64,000 bases of DNA, from assembly GCA_963792965.1 (NCBI GenBank), contig CAWBYW010000013.1:1-64000 (forward strand), in the 5' to 3' direction. Made by a program: the position numbers and the translations under genes. The notes under the pieces were generated by a model. It searched no databases, was not told where the DNA came from, and was given only the letters and a program-made list of their open reading frames with translations. Each line of letters starts with the position of its first letter. The stretch's first letter is position 1. Below are positions 20,355 through 30,528 of the stretch, piece by piece. The stretch is from an uncultured delta proteobacterium (GTDB lineage: Bacteria > Desulfobacterota > Zymogenia > Zymogenales > Zymogenaceae).

Positions 20355-22049
20355 CTACTGACTCAGCCCTTGCGGCAGCGTGATGATGACATCCGTTCCC
20401 CCCTTCTCCAGGCTCCGTATGTCAACGGAGCCCCCATGGGCCTCCACGATCAGCTTTACCGTCGGCAGGCCCAGTCCCGTGCCGCCCTCTTTGGTTGAGA
20501 AAAAGGGATCGAAGATGAAGGGTCGTATGGCCTGGTCGATCCCCACCCCGCTGTCGGATACCGAGACCGAGAAGCTGGCGCCGCCTCCCGAGCCGAATGA
20601 ATTGGTCTTGATTCGGATGGAGCCGCCGTCTTTTATGGCGTCTCCGGCGTTGAGGAGTATGTTCCAGAAGACCTGCTTGAGCTGCATGAAATCGCCGTTG
20701 ATCTTTGTTTCACCGGTGATTTCGGTCTCGATGGCGATATTGGCCCTCCCCTTCGGGGTGTTCTTGAAGACCGTGATCGTCTCGTCGATGACCTTCTTCA
20801 AATCCACCGGCTCCCTCTTTATCTTGAGGGGGCGGGAATACATCAAGAAATTCGTGATGAGGTGGTTGAGACGCTCGATCTCCTTGAGGACGATCTCCAT
20901 GAGCTCCTTGTTGGAGCCCGACAGCGACAGATCCTGTCTCAATATCTGGATAGAAGCGCTCATCGATCCGAGAGGATTTCTGATCTCGTGTGCCAGATTG
21001 GCCGCGAGCTTTCCGAGGTTGGCCAGCGTGTCGTTACGCTTGATATCCTCTTCCATCTGTTTGACATGCGTAATATCCTGGAAGAGGATGATCTTGCCCA
21101 CTTCTTCCTTGCGGGCGTTCTTGAGGGGCGAGACCGAAAAGCCGAGGATGAATTTCTTTCCGCTCTTGGACATAAATTCCTTTGTCCAGCGGTTGAGGCT
21201 GCCGGCCGACAGGGCCTCTTCGTTGCTCGTGATGTCGGAAAGGATCGTGGGGATGACCTCGTCGATGGAAGAGAGGTAGGCATCCTGAAGCCGGGTGCCC
21301 GTTATGACCTCGGCCTGCCTGTTGAAGGAAATGACCCTTCCCCAAACGTCTATTGTGATGAGACCTGACTGGATGTTCTGGATGATGTTGTTATTGAGGA
21401 TCTTCAGCTCCTCAAAATCGATCTTCTTCTCGATGAGCTCGTCTCCGGTCCTCTTGACCTGCTCGGAGAGATAGCCCGACAGAAACGCGACAATGTAAAA
21501 CGCGACGATGTTGAGGAAGATATTATAAAAGACGTTGCTCTGATTATTGCTATAAGTCGGGTGTATTCTGGCGATGGACGCGGGGATGAGCCCGTAGTAA
21601 TCAAGGTCGACCATGATCCCGTAGAGGATCCCCGACAGCGACGCCGTTAAGAAACCGCCCGGACGATAGAGGATGATGCTGGCGCTGATGATCGTCAGTA
21701 TGTAGAGAAAGCTGAAAATGCTCTCGACCGCGCCGGTAATGAAGACCATGCCGGTGATGATCAGGACATCGAAGACAAGCTGGAGGTAGGCGATGGCCGT
21801 CAGGCGCTTTGGCACAAATTTGATCAGGAGGATATATATCCCGGTGAGGAAATAGGTGAATCCGATCAGGAAATAGAGGTAAACGAGGTGCGGAGCGATA
21901 AAGAGGCCGCTTGCGGAATATTGAAAGATGACCGACGTCCCCAGCAGGACCGAGACGATGAGGACGCGGAAGAACATGAATATCTCGATGTTCTTACGCA
22001 GGTTGGTATTTTTTAGTCTGATTCTCTCAGAGGGCATGACTGGATACAT
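20355..22049 (-). CDS. pilS: PilS-like sensor histidine kinase
   Basis: N-terminal TM helices, PAS-like region, LAHEIRNPL, FFSTKEGGTGLGL; follows pilC. Confidence 0.85.
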   Translation of the reverse strand: MYPVMPSERIRLKNTNLRKNIEIFMFFRVLIVSVLLGTSVIFQYSASGLFIAPHLVYLYFLIGFTYFLTGIYILLIKFVPKRLTAIAYLQLVFDVLIITGMVFITGAVESIFSFLYILTIISASIILYRPGGFLTASLSGILYGIMVDLDYYGLIPASIARIHPTYSNNQSNVFYNIFLNIVAFYIVAFLSGYLSEQVKRTGDELIEKKIDFEELKILNNNIIQNIQSGLITIDVWGRVISFNRQAEVITGTRLQDAYLSSIDEVIPTILSDITSNEEALSAGSLNRWTKEFMSKSGKKFILGFSVSPLKNARKEEVGKIILFQDITHVKQMEEDIKRNDTLANLGKLAANLAHEIRNPLGSMSASIQILRQDLSLSGSNKELMEIVLKEIERLNHLITNFLMYSRPLKIKREPVDLKKVIDETITVFKNTPKGRANIAIETEITGETKINGDFMQLKQVFWNILLNAGDAIKDGGSIRIKTNSFGSGGGASFSVSVSDSGVGIDQAIRPFIFDPFFSTKEGGTGLGLPTVKLIVEAHGGSVDIRSLEKGGTDVIITLPQGLSQ

Positions 22050-22125
22050 CCCATGTGCGGACAGCTATGCGATGCGGTTTCTCGGTCAACGCGATCGGGC
22101 AAGCCGGATGTGGCCGCATTTCAGG

Positions 22126-23343
22126 CTAACCGTTGCCGAGGGTATCGGCCATGTTGAAGATCGGAAGATAGAGGGCGATGACCATCCCACCGACGACGAC
22201 GCCGAGAAAGACCATAAGGGCCGGCTCCAAGAGCGATGTCAGCGCCGAGACTGCATCGTCGACCTCTTGATCGTAGAAGTCGGCGATTTTATTGAGCATG
22301 GCGTCCATGTTACCGGTGGCCTCACCGACCGCCACCATCTGAACCACCATGGGAGGGAAGACCTTGCTCTGCGACATCGGCTCGGCAAGGGTCTTGCCCT
22401 CGCTGATGCCGGTTCTCGTGACCAGAACGTCCCGCTCGACCGTCTTATTGCCTGCCGTCCGTGCGGTAATCTCGAGCGCGTCGAGGATCGGCACGCCGCT
22501 CGATATCATGGTGCCGAGGGTTCTCGTGAACCGGGCGACGGCAACCTTCTTGATCAGGGGCCCGAAAATCGGGACCTTGAGGAGGAGATCGTCGATCAAC
22601 GCCCTTCCGAAGGGGGTACGGTAGAAGTAGATAAACGAGGCAACGGCGACGATCACGACGAGGATCACGTAGACGATGGAATGGGTGATGATGTAGCTGA
22701 TGTCAACGAGGATCTGTGTGGGCAGCGGGAGAGCAACCCCGGAGCCGGAAAACATCTCCTGGAACATGGGGACGACGAAGATCAGCAGGATCGAGGTGAC
22801 GGCGATCGCGACGCCGACGATGGTTGACGGATAGACGAGCGCGCTCTTCACCTTGCTCTTGAGAGCCTCGGCCTTCTCGATATAGGCGGCAAGCCGGTTC
22901 AGGATCGTGTCGAGTATACCACCTACCTCGCCGGCCGCCACGAGGTTGACGTAGAGCGAATCGAATATCTTGGGATGCTTACTGAGGGCATCGGCGAAGG
23001 TCGAGCCTCCCTCCACATCCTCCTTGATCTTGAGGATGACCTTCTTAAAGGAGTTCTTTTCCTGCTGGTTGCCAAGGATATCGAGACACTGGACGAGGGG
23101 GAGGCCCGCGTCGATCATGGTGGCAAACTGCCGCGTGAAGATAACGAGGTCCTTCTTGGACGGCTGCGCCTCCAGGCCGGGGATCGTAATATCCATGCTC
23201 AAACCCTTTTTTTCCGAGATGGAATCAAGGGTTATCTTCTGCTGACGAAGCAGCCCTACCGCCGCCGCCTGATTGGCGGCTTCGATCTCACCGCTCTTCG
23301 CGGCGCCCGTGGTATCCTTTCCCGACCATTTAAACATCGGCAT
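22126..23343 (-). CDS. pilC: Type IV pilus platform protein PilC
   Basis: FTRQFATMIDAGLPL, GEVGGILD and LYLPIF motifs. Confidence 0.95.
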   Translation of the reverse strand: MPMFKWSGKDTTGAAKSGEIEAANQAAAVGLLRQQKITLDSISEKKGLSMDITIPGLEAQPSKKDLVIFTRQFATMIDAGLPLVQCLDILGNQQEKNSFKKVILKIKEDVEGGSTFADALSKHPKIFDSLYVNLVAAGEVGGILDTILNRLAAYIEKAEALKSKVKSALVYPSTIVGVAIAVTSILLIFVVPMFQEMFSGSGVALPLPTQILVDISYIITHSIVYVILVVIVAVASFIYFYRTPFGRALIDDLLLKVPIFGPLIKKVAVARFTRTLGTMISSGVPILDALEITARTAGNKTVERDVLVTRTGISEGKTLAEPMSQSKVFPPMVVQMVAVGEATGNMDAMLNKIADFYDQEVDDAVSALTSLLEPALMVFLGVVVGGMVIALYLPIFNMADTLGNG

Positions 23344-23502
23344 AATTCGTTCTCCTTTTCACTGATGATACCGAGCACAGAGGCTTAGAGCCAAGATACG
23401 CGAGATTGTCACCTCGCCGGAGTCGCCGCATATAGGCGGTTAGGAGTCGTTCGTTTTTCCGTATCCTCTCGATCTTGTCCGATAACTCCCTCTCTTCGGG
23501 GC

Positions 23503-24629
23503 CTATAGTTTCTGGGGGGCCTGGCGCATCTGCGGCTGGCCGAGGCGCTCCTGTGAAGCGGCGGAGGGTCCCCGCGAAAGCATTTGTCTCAACTCCTCCT
23601 GATCGGGGCTTCTGCCCATCGCCACGTCGAGATTGATCAACCCCTTTGTATAGAGGAAATGCAGGGATTGGTTCATGGTCTGCATCCCGAACTTGGTCTG
23701 GCCGACCTGCATGATCGAGTAGATCTGGTGGATCTTGTCCTCCCTGACGAGGTTTCTGATGGCCGCGTTCGGGATCATGATCTCGAGGCTCAACACCCTT
23801 CCCTTGCCGCCCGCCTTGGGGAGGAGCTGCTGACAGAGCACGCCCTCAAGGACGAACGAGATCTGCGCCCGCACCTGAGACTGCTGGTAGGGGGGAAGAC
23901 GTCGATGATACGGTTGATGGTCTGGACCGCGGAATTGGTGTGGAGGGTGGCAAAGACGAGATGCCCCGTCTCGGCGGTTGTCAGGGCCGCCTCGATGGTC
24001 TCCAGGTCCCTCATCTCGCCGATGAGAACGACATCCGGGTCCTGACGAAGGATATATTTGAGGGCGGTCTTGAAGCTCGCGGTATCCGCCCCCACCTCCC
24101 GTTGGTTGACCACGCAGTTCTTGTGGGGGTGCAAGTACTCGATGGGGTCCTCGATAGTGATGATATGTTCGTGCCGGTCTTCGTTGATCTTGTTGATCAT
24201 GGAGGCAAGCGTCGTCGACTTACCCGAGCCGGTCGGCCCCGTCACAAGGACCAGCCCCCGGGGGCGCTTGGTCAGCTCCTCAACGACCGGGGGGAGCCCG
24301 AGCTCCCCGAAGGTCATGAACTTATAGGGAATGATCCTGAAAGCGGCCCCCATCGCGCCCCGCTGCATGAACATGTTGGCGCGAAAACGGGAAAGCCCCT
24401 TGACGCCGAAGGAGAGGTCGAGCTCGCTGTTTTCCTCGAACTTGTGTTTCTGGGCGTCGGTCAGGATGCTGTAGCAGAGGTTCTTGGTGTCCGCGCCGTT
24501 GAGCGGGTCCATCGCCAGCGGAACCAGCCGTCCGTCCACCCGAATCTGGGGGGGGGTGCCGGTCGTGATGTGGAGGTCGGTGGAGCCCTTTTCCACCATG
24601 ACCTTCAACAGTTGATGGAGACTAATCAT
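23503..24629 (-). CDS. pilT: Twitching motility ATPase PilT (frameshift in a G-run at ~23890)
   Basis: GPTGSGKSTT, LRQDPDVVLIGEMRD and AIRNLVRE motifs. Confidence 0.93.
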
Positions 24630-24669
24630 TCGAGCAACCCCCTTTTATGAATACAATCGTTATAACCAT

Positions 24670-26475
24670 TTAGTCCGCCGCGGAGCACCGCACGACCTCC
24701 TCGAGCGTCGTAATGCCCTCTCTCAGCTTGGTGATGCCCGCCTGGCGGAGCGACTTCATGCCATGGCGCATGGCCTCCCGCTTCAGCTCGGCCGTCGAGG
24801 CCCCGTTGAGGACGAGCTCCCTGAGATCGTCATTCATCTTCATCACCTCATAGAGCGCCACCCTCCCCTTAAACCCGGTGCCCGCGCAGGTGGAGCATCC
24901 CTTTCCCTTGTAGACCTTGAATTCCCCCGCCTCGTCCGGGGAGACCCCGATATCGATGAGGGCCTGTGCGGAGACCTCGATAGAATCTTTGCAGTCAAGG
25001 CAGATCTTTCGGGCGAGCCGTTGGGCGGCGATGGCGTTGAGCGATGAGGAGACCAGGAACGGCTCGATGCCCATATTCAACATCCGGTTGATCGTGGACG
25101 GGGCATCGTTGGTGTGGAGGGTGGAGAGCACGAGGTGCCCGGTCAGGGCGGCCTTGATGGCGATCTCGGCCGTCTCGAAGTCCCGGATCTCCCCCACCAT
25201 GATGATATCCGGGTCCTGCCGGAGGAAGGAGCGGAGGGCCGCGGCGAAGTTGAGGCCGATATCCTCGTGCATCTGGACCTGGTTGATCCCGAAGAGGTTG
25301 AACTCCACCGGGTCTTCGGCGGTCATGATGTTTTCGGTCTCTTTGTTAAGGTCGGCGAGGGCCGAATAGAGCGTCGTCGTTTTTCCCGAGCCGGTCGGCC
25401 CGGTGACCAGGACCATCCCGTAGGGCTGGTGGATCGCCTCCTTGAAGTCGCTCAAGGCCTTCTCCTCGAATCCGAGCTTGGTCATGTCGAGCTGGAGGTT
25501 GGATTTGTCCAGAAGCCGCATGACGATCTTCTCGCCGAACAGGGTGGGCAACACCGAGACGCGGAAGTCCATCTCGCGGCCCTTTCCGAGCTTAAGCTTG
25601 ATGCGGCCGTCCTGGGGGAGCCTTCGCTCTGCGATATCGAGCTTGGACATGATCTTGACGCGGGAGGTGATGGCGTTCTTGATCTTCAGGGGGAGGCCCA
25701 TGGCCTTACGCAGCACGCCGTCCATCCGGTATCTCACCCGAAACGATTTCTCATAGGGCTCGATGTGAATATCGCTGCACTTGAGCTTGATCGCTTTGAT
25801 CAATATCCCGTTGACCAGCTTGATGATCGGCGCATCGACGTTCTCGGTCAGGACGTCACCGTCCTCTTTATTGTCCACGACTTCCACGGTATCCACCGCG
25901 CCGTGGACCAGGGCGTCGAAATCGTCCACCTCCACGACGCTGTCTTCCTCCATTTCCGAAAAGAGCGTCGACCCCGTGTCCTGTTCGCCGAGCTCATAGT
26001 CCTTGGCGTCCAGATCCAGTGAGACCGAGCCCTTGGGCTCCGCGATCCCCCGGGCGCCGTAGTTTTTCTTAATGGCCTCGATGATGTCCACCTCGGAGGC
26101 CACCACCGCGTCCACCTTAAAGCCGGTCATGAAGCGGATGTCTTCGATCACGTGCATGTTGGAGGGATCGGCCATTGCCACGATAAGGCTTGAGCCCGCC
26201 CGGGAAATGGGCATCACAAGGTGTTTCTTGGCGATCTCGGGGCCGACATATTTCATCACGGCGGGGTCGATGTCGTATTCTTTCAGGTTGATTGACGGGA
26301 CGTTATATTGCTGGCTGAGGAAGTCCGTAAGGGCCGTCTCGGAGAGGAACCCGAGCTTCGTGAGCTGTTGACCGAGCCTGCCCCCCCCGGATCTTTGCTG
26401 GTCAACGGCCTGTTGAAGTTGGTCTGTGGTGATGAGTTTATTCCTGACAAGGAGCTGTCCCAACCTCTCATTCAT
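24670..26475 (-). CDS. pilB: Type IV pilus assembly ATPase PilB
   Basis: N-terminal RLGQLL (MshEN-like), ERRLPQDG, GPTGSGKTTT, Zn-binding CxxC pairs. Confidence 0.95.
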   Translation of the reverse strand: MNERLGQLLVRNKLITTDQLQQAVDQQRSGGGRLGQQLTKLGFLSETALTDFLSQQYNVPSINLKEYDIDPAVMKYVGPEIAKKHLVMPISRAGSSLIVAMADPSNMHVIEDIRFMTGFKVDAVVASEVDIIEAIKKNYGARGIAEPKGSVSLDLDAKDYELGEQDTGSTLFSEMEEDSVVEVDDFDALVHGAVDTVEVVDNKEDGDVLTENVDAPIIKLVNGILIKAIKLKCSDIHIEPYEKSFRVRYRMDGVLRKAMGLPLKIKNAITSRVKIMSKLDIAERRLPQDGRIKLKLGKGREMDFRVSVLPTLFGEKIVMRLLDKSNLQLDMTKLGFEEKALSDFKEAIHQPYGMVLVTGPTGSGKTTTLYSALADLNKETENIMTAEDPVEFNLFGINQVQMHEDIGLNFAAALRSFLRQDPDIIMVGEIRDFETAEIAIKAALTGHLVLSTLHTNDAPSTINRMLNMGIEPFLVSSSLNAIAAQRLARKICLDCKDSIEVSAQALIDIGVSPDEAGEFKVYKGKGCSTCAGTGFKGRVALYEVMKMNDDLRELVLNGASTAELKREAMRHGMKSLRQAGITKLREGITTLEEVVRCSAAD

Positions 26476-26535
26476 ATCTGATCTTCTCCCGGTTGTCTAT
26501 ATGGCGATTGGATTAAAGACTCGTATAACCATACA

Positions 26536-26565
26536 ATTTTAAGCAGAAAATCGCAATAATGTCAA
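26536..26565 (-). promoter_or_regulatory. Putative pilB promoter
   Basis: Minus strand TTGACA-18-TAAAAT. Confidence 0.5.
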
Positions 26566-26604
26566 GTTATATGTTATTAATGGTGGACTGGGATGCCCAC
26601 ACCG

Positions 26605-27456
26605 TCAGAGCCCGAGCGCCTTCCTCATGGCCGACAGCGGGGGGGTCCGGCCCGTCCAGAGGGAAAAAGAACAGGCGCCCTGATGAAGGAGCATCGGCAG
26701 TCCGTCCGAGTGGCGGATGCCACGGGCGGCCAACAGGGTTCTGATCTTTCGGGCGTCGCTGTTGTAGTTCATGTCAAAGACGAGGGCGTGCGCCTTCAGG
26801 GATAAGAGGTCGATCCCGAAGAGATCGGCCTCCGTTATCGGAATTGACGTGGCGTTTATGACGACGTCCGCCACACCCGCGGCCCGGGAAAGGTCGCCCG
26901 GCTCAAGCGGGATCGCCGTCAGGGTGCCGCCGGCGTCGAACTCCCGGACCAGAGATGCGGCCCTTGTCCGAGTCCTGTTGGCGATGGTGACCGCCCTCGG
27001 GCGCTGTTCGAGCAAGGCCGGGAGCACGCCCCTCGCCGCCCCGCCGGCACCGCATACCAGAATCGTGCCGCCCGCGATCTTAACACCCAGCTCGTCCCGG
27101 ATCGCTCCGACCAGTCCCGCACCGTCGGTCGAGTGGCCGACAAGTCTCCCCTTTTCGTTGACGATGGTGTTGACGGAGCGCGTCTTTTGGGCGGCAGGGG
27201 AAAGGGCGTCAAGGTAAACACCTACGGCCTCCTTGTGAGGGGCGGTCACGTTTGCGCCGCCGATATCGCACGCGGCAAGGCCCTTTACTGCCGCCTCGAG
27301 GTCACCTGACGAAACCTGGAGCGCCACATAGACCGCATCGATGCGCTCCGCGCGGAAAGCCGCATTCATCATCGCGGGTGATTTCGAATGCGAGGCGGGA
27401 TCGCCGAGGAGACAAAAGAGCCGCGTGCTTCCCGAGATCTGAGGCTCGTCGGTCAT
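26605..27456 (-). CDS. aroE: Shikimate dehydrogenase
   Basis: HSKSP, GANVTAPHK, SVNT, GAGGAA, NRT, DMNY and MLLHQG motifs. Confidence 0.92.
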   Translation of the reverse strand: MTDEPQISGSTRLFCLLGDPASHSKSPAMMNAAFRAERIDAVYVALQVSSGDLEAAVKGLAACDIGGANVTAPHKEAVGVYLDALSPAAQKTRSVNTIVNEKGRLVGHSTDGAGLVGAIRDELGVKIAGGTILVCGAGGAARGVLPALLEQRPRAVTIANRTRTRAASLVREFDAGGTLTAIPLEPGDLSRAAGVADVVINATSIPITEADLFGIDLLSLKAHALVFDMNYNSDARKIRTLLAARGIRHSDGLPMLLHQGACSFSLWTGRTPPLSAMRKALGL

Positions 27457-28241
27457 TGCTTATTGGAGTTTATGTAGTTTCGAATGGCCTCAGCCTGGGG
27501 GTCGGAGGGATACAGGACGAGGTAGCGCTCAAAAAGCGGGACCGCCTGTCCGGCGTCCCCCTCGTTGCGGTAGATCATGCCGAGGTTGTAGTAGGCGTCG
27601 GCGTTGGTGGAGTCGATGGAAATCGCCTTCTTATAGTCCGATTTTGCGTAGCTCAGCTCGCCCAGCTGGTCGTAGGAAAAGCCGCGGTAGAAATAGAGAT
27701 CGGCGGTCTCGATGCCGGAATCCCCCATCACCTTGGTGATCTCGGTGATGATGTCGTCGTAGCGTTTTGCGGCCAGGAGCTTCTTGATCTTGTCGACAAT
27801 CTGGCTGTAGGAGGGGGGATTGGCGATCGTCCATCCCTCGGGTGACTGGCCGCCGGTGCGCTCGTAGCTCCTCCTGTCATCGCCAAGGGCCCAGTATTCG
27901 CTCTTGCCGTTCTTGTCCTTGACGATAATGCCGTAGGTGAGGTCATTATAGGTGAGGGTCTCGATTATTACGCCGTCACGGACGAAGTGCTCGACCCATG
28001 TCTCCGGGCCCACGACGCCGGGCAGCACGTCCCGCCGTGTCTTGTATTGAACGTCGGCAAATGCCGGATCGTGGACGGCGCCTTTGAGGAGGTCGGAATA
28101 GTAAGTTTTCGTATCCGTCTCGGCGTAGGCGGGGAGGGTGAGGGAGGCGAACGTAGCGGCAAAGAATATGACGGCGCCCAACACGGGGGCGATGCGCCCG
28201 ATGAACGAGGGCGAAAATAGTATAATGGTGGAAGATTTCAT
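27453..28241 (-). CDS. Exported tetratricopeptide repeat protein
   Basis: Hydrophobic N-terminus ending AYA; TPRs (ADLYFYRG, ADAYYNLG, YLVLYPSDP). Confidence 0.75.
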   Translation of the reverse strand: MKSSTIILFSPSFIGRIAPVLGAVIFFAATFASLTLPAYAETDTKTYYSDLLKGAVHDPAFADVQYKTRRDVLPGVVGPETWVEHFVRDGVIIETLTYNDLTYGIIVKDKNGKSEYWALGDDRRSYERTGGQSPEGWTIANPPSYSQIVDKIKKLLAAKRYDDIITEITKVMGDSGIETADLYFYRGFSYDQLGELSYAKSDYKKAISIDSTNADAYYNLGMIYRNEGDAGQAVPLFERYLVLYPSDPQAEAIRNYINSNKQ

Positions 28242-28472
28242 GCTCACCCTTTTCTGATTTATTGGTTGTGGGGACACCCTTTAATAGCGTCCGAATAGGT
28301 CGCTTAAAACGCCTACAGGATAATACAGAAGGGAAGTGGTGTCAAGGTAAGTTAATCTTCTATCGATTGCTCGGAGTGGAGAGTAGCAATTGTCTGCCGT
28401 GAGGCTTGAGGAAACCCGTTCGATCAGAAAAACCGTCAATGAAGAAGAAATCGTCTTCTTAATTCCTCTTTC

Positions 28473-29063
28473 TTACACTTCTCTTTCTTCTATTTTGAAG
28501 AGACACGTATCGTCTCCCAATGCCCTGCATTTTGTCTCCCTCACCTGATAGATACCCTTTCCGTACACCCAGTCGGTAAGGAATTGGAAAGTCCCGACAA
28601 AGTTGGAGCAGTACGGCTTCCTGCTCTTGGTGCCGGCACATATGAGGCAATCGAAGACATCAAACATTGGAAAGTCATTTGTCTCTTCTATTACCTTGCC
28701 CTTGTTAATCGCAACCTGTAAGAGCTGGAAGGCTTTGAGTATTTGTTCCTCTTTAGGTAGATCTTTCATGTGATTGAGTATCCCGAACTTGACGACGGGA
28801 GTTTCCACGGCTTTGTATCCAATGAGCCTCAAGATCCCCTGGGCCCCGACAGGCCCAACCAGATCTATTGTTTCCTTATATATTTTTATTTGTTCTTCGT
28901 TGGTAAATTCCTTATCCCAGGTATAGTCCGGAGGCGACTCCAGGACTCTCGATAGTCCCGCGTTTCTAAAAATTATATCTCTGGCCTTATCTCCGACAAC
29001 TTCGCTGACGACTTCATAAGCAGATCGTATCGCCATGTTTGTCACTGTCTTTTCTTGTCCCAT
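28473..29063 (-). CDS. Stand-alone V4R (4-vinyl reductase) domain protein
   Basis: CLICAG...PYC...ETKCRALGDDTCLFKI pattern; AT-rich relative to neighbours. Confidence 0.8.
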   Translation of the reverse strand: MGQEKTVTNMAIRSAYEVVSEVVGDKARDIIFRNAGLSRVLESPPDYTWDKEFTNEEQIKIYKETIDLVGPVGAQGILRLIGYKAVETPVVKFGILNHMKDLPKEEQILKAFQLLQVAINKGKVIEETNDFPMFDVFDCLICAGTKSRKPYCSNFVGTFQFLTDWVYGKGIYQVRETKCRALGDDTCLFKIEEREV

Positions 29064-29409
29064 GACCAATTTGCCCCCTTCTGCCGGTTACGTATTGCTT
29101 TTATTATGTGTGCGTCTCCAGGTAAGAAATAGAGACATACTATCCCTTGAATATATGTAATAGCGCATATTTTCTTGTTCAATAAGTTCTTAATATAACA
29201 GTATAATTGACATGTCAATTAAAAAGAAACTTCATAATAAAAAAGGACATACACTCATGCATACGTCCCATAAATTTAGAGTTACGTGACACCGCCTTCT
29301 TACATTTTCGTGCTTATTCAATCGGAGGATGGATTTGTTGGAAGTGAAGTGACAGTGTCAGGTGAAACGTCGGACGGAAAGGGGTGTCAGGGAGAGAGAT
29401 GAGCTGCCG

Positions 29410-29530
29410 GTAGGGACAGGAATCGTGGTATCTGTCTCTTAATAGGTCCAGCCGGACACGATGAATCGTGTCCCTCCGAGCAGAACGGCGCATTGTATAA
29501 GAACTGTAGGGACACGACAAGTCGTGTCCG
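29410..29530. repeat. Cluster of three GTAG-type REP-like palindromes
   Basis: GTAGGGACAGG...CTGTCTC (29410); inverted copy CCGGACACGATGAATCGTGTCCCTCC (29452-29477); GTAGGGACACGACAAGTCGTGTCCG (29506-29530). Confidence 0.7.
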
Positions 29531-29591
29531 ATGTCTTAGTTATCTCGTCATAGCGAAGAGCGTCCCGCAAAAGCCGGATCGTGGTTCCCTC

Positions 29592-30299
29592 TCACCGCCA
29601 GTACCGCTCCCCCCTCGGTGATATCACTTCCATCGACCGATCCCTCGTGAGGAGCTTGGCGAAGAGGCCGCCCACGAGCCCCACCCCGAAGCCTCCCACG
29701 TGCGCCCAGAAGGCAACCCCGCCCGCCGACGCCGTGCCGATCGAGGCCACCCCCGAAAAGAACTGCAGCACGAACCAAATCCCCAGAAAGAGGATCGCCG
29801 GGATATCCATGATCCGGATGAGGAATACGAAGATCACCACCGTCCGCACGCGCGCCCGCGGGTAGAGGACAAAATAGGCGCCCATTACACCTGCGATGGC
29901 GCCCGAAGCCCCTATCGTCGGAAGTGGGGAGGTGGGATCGGTGGCAAGCTGGAGGAGCGCCGCGCCGATTCCCGAGGCGAGATAAAAAAGCGGGTAGACG
30001 ACATGTCCCATCCGGTCCTCAACGTTATCGCCGAAGATATAGAGGAAGAGCATGTTGCCGGCGATATGAAGCCAGCCCCCGTGGAGGAACATCGAGGTGA
30101 TGAAAGGGGTAACGTCGAGGGTCGAGGTGCGAAGGCTCGCCGTCACGACGGCGGGCACCATCCCGTAGTGGTAGATGAACGTATCGAGATACTGACCGAG
30201 GCTCAGCTGGTAGAAAAAGACGGCCACGTTGATAGCGATGAGCCCCCAGGTGACGAGCGGGAACCTCCGGGCGGGGATGTTGTCCTTATAGGGTATCAT
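29592..30299 (-). CDS. Rhomboid family intramembrane serine protease
   Basis: SMFLHGGWLHIAGNMLFL, GASGA and WAHVGGF motifs. Confidence 0.95.
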   Translation of the reverse strand: MIPYKDNIPARRFPLVTWGLIAINVAVFFYQLSLGQYLDTFIYHYGMVPAVVTASLRTSTLDVTPFITSMFLHGGWLHIAGNMLFLYIFGDNVEDRMGHVVYPLFYLASGIGAALLQLATDPTSPLPTIGASGAIAGVMGAYFVLYPRARVRTVVIFVFLIRIMDIPAILFLGIWFVLQFFSGVASIGTASAGGVAFWAHVGGFGVGLVGGLFAKLLTRDRSMEVISPRGERYWR

Positions 30300-30528
30300 A
30301 GTCGGTTGCCTGGCCTTTTATCTTAGGATATATGAAACGGCAATAGTTGTAAAGCCATAAAACGCGCGTCCGTTCACGCGGACCAATTTTACCCTTCACA
30401 AAGATGGCGGCGAAGCCCGAGGGGCGGGCCCTTTTCTTGTGCGTTGTGTCCCATCCTGATTCATGGTACCATCATCCGATAAAAGACCTCCATAACACGG
30501 ATTCCTTTAACAGGATCGAGCGCAGACG

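Noticed and set aside
23885-23900. pilT frameshift in a G/C run as phase variation
   Set aside because: The run is only 6 nt (7 needed for frame), which is short for a contingency tract, and indels are common throughout the window.
29410-29530. Repeats as a mini CRISPR array
   Set aside because: Copies alternate in orientation, are degenerate, have irregular spacing, and no cas genes are present; REP fits better.
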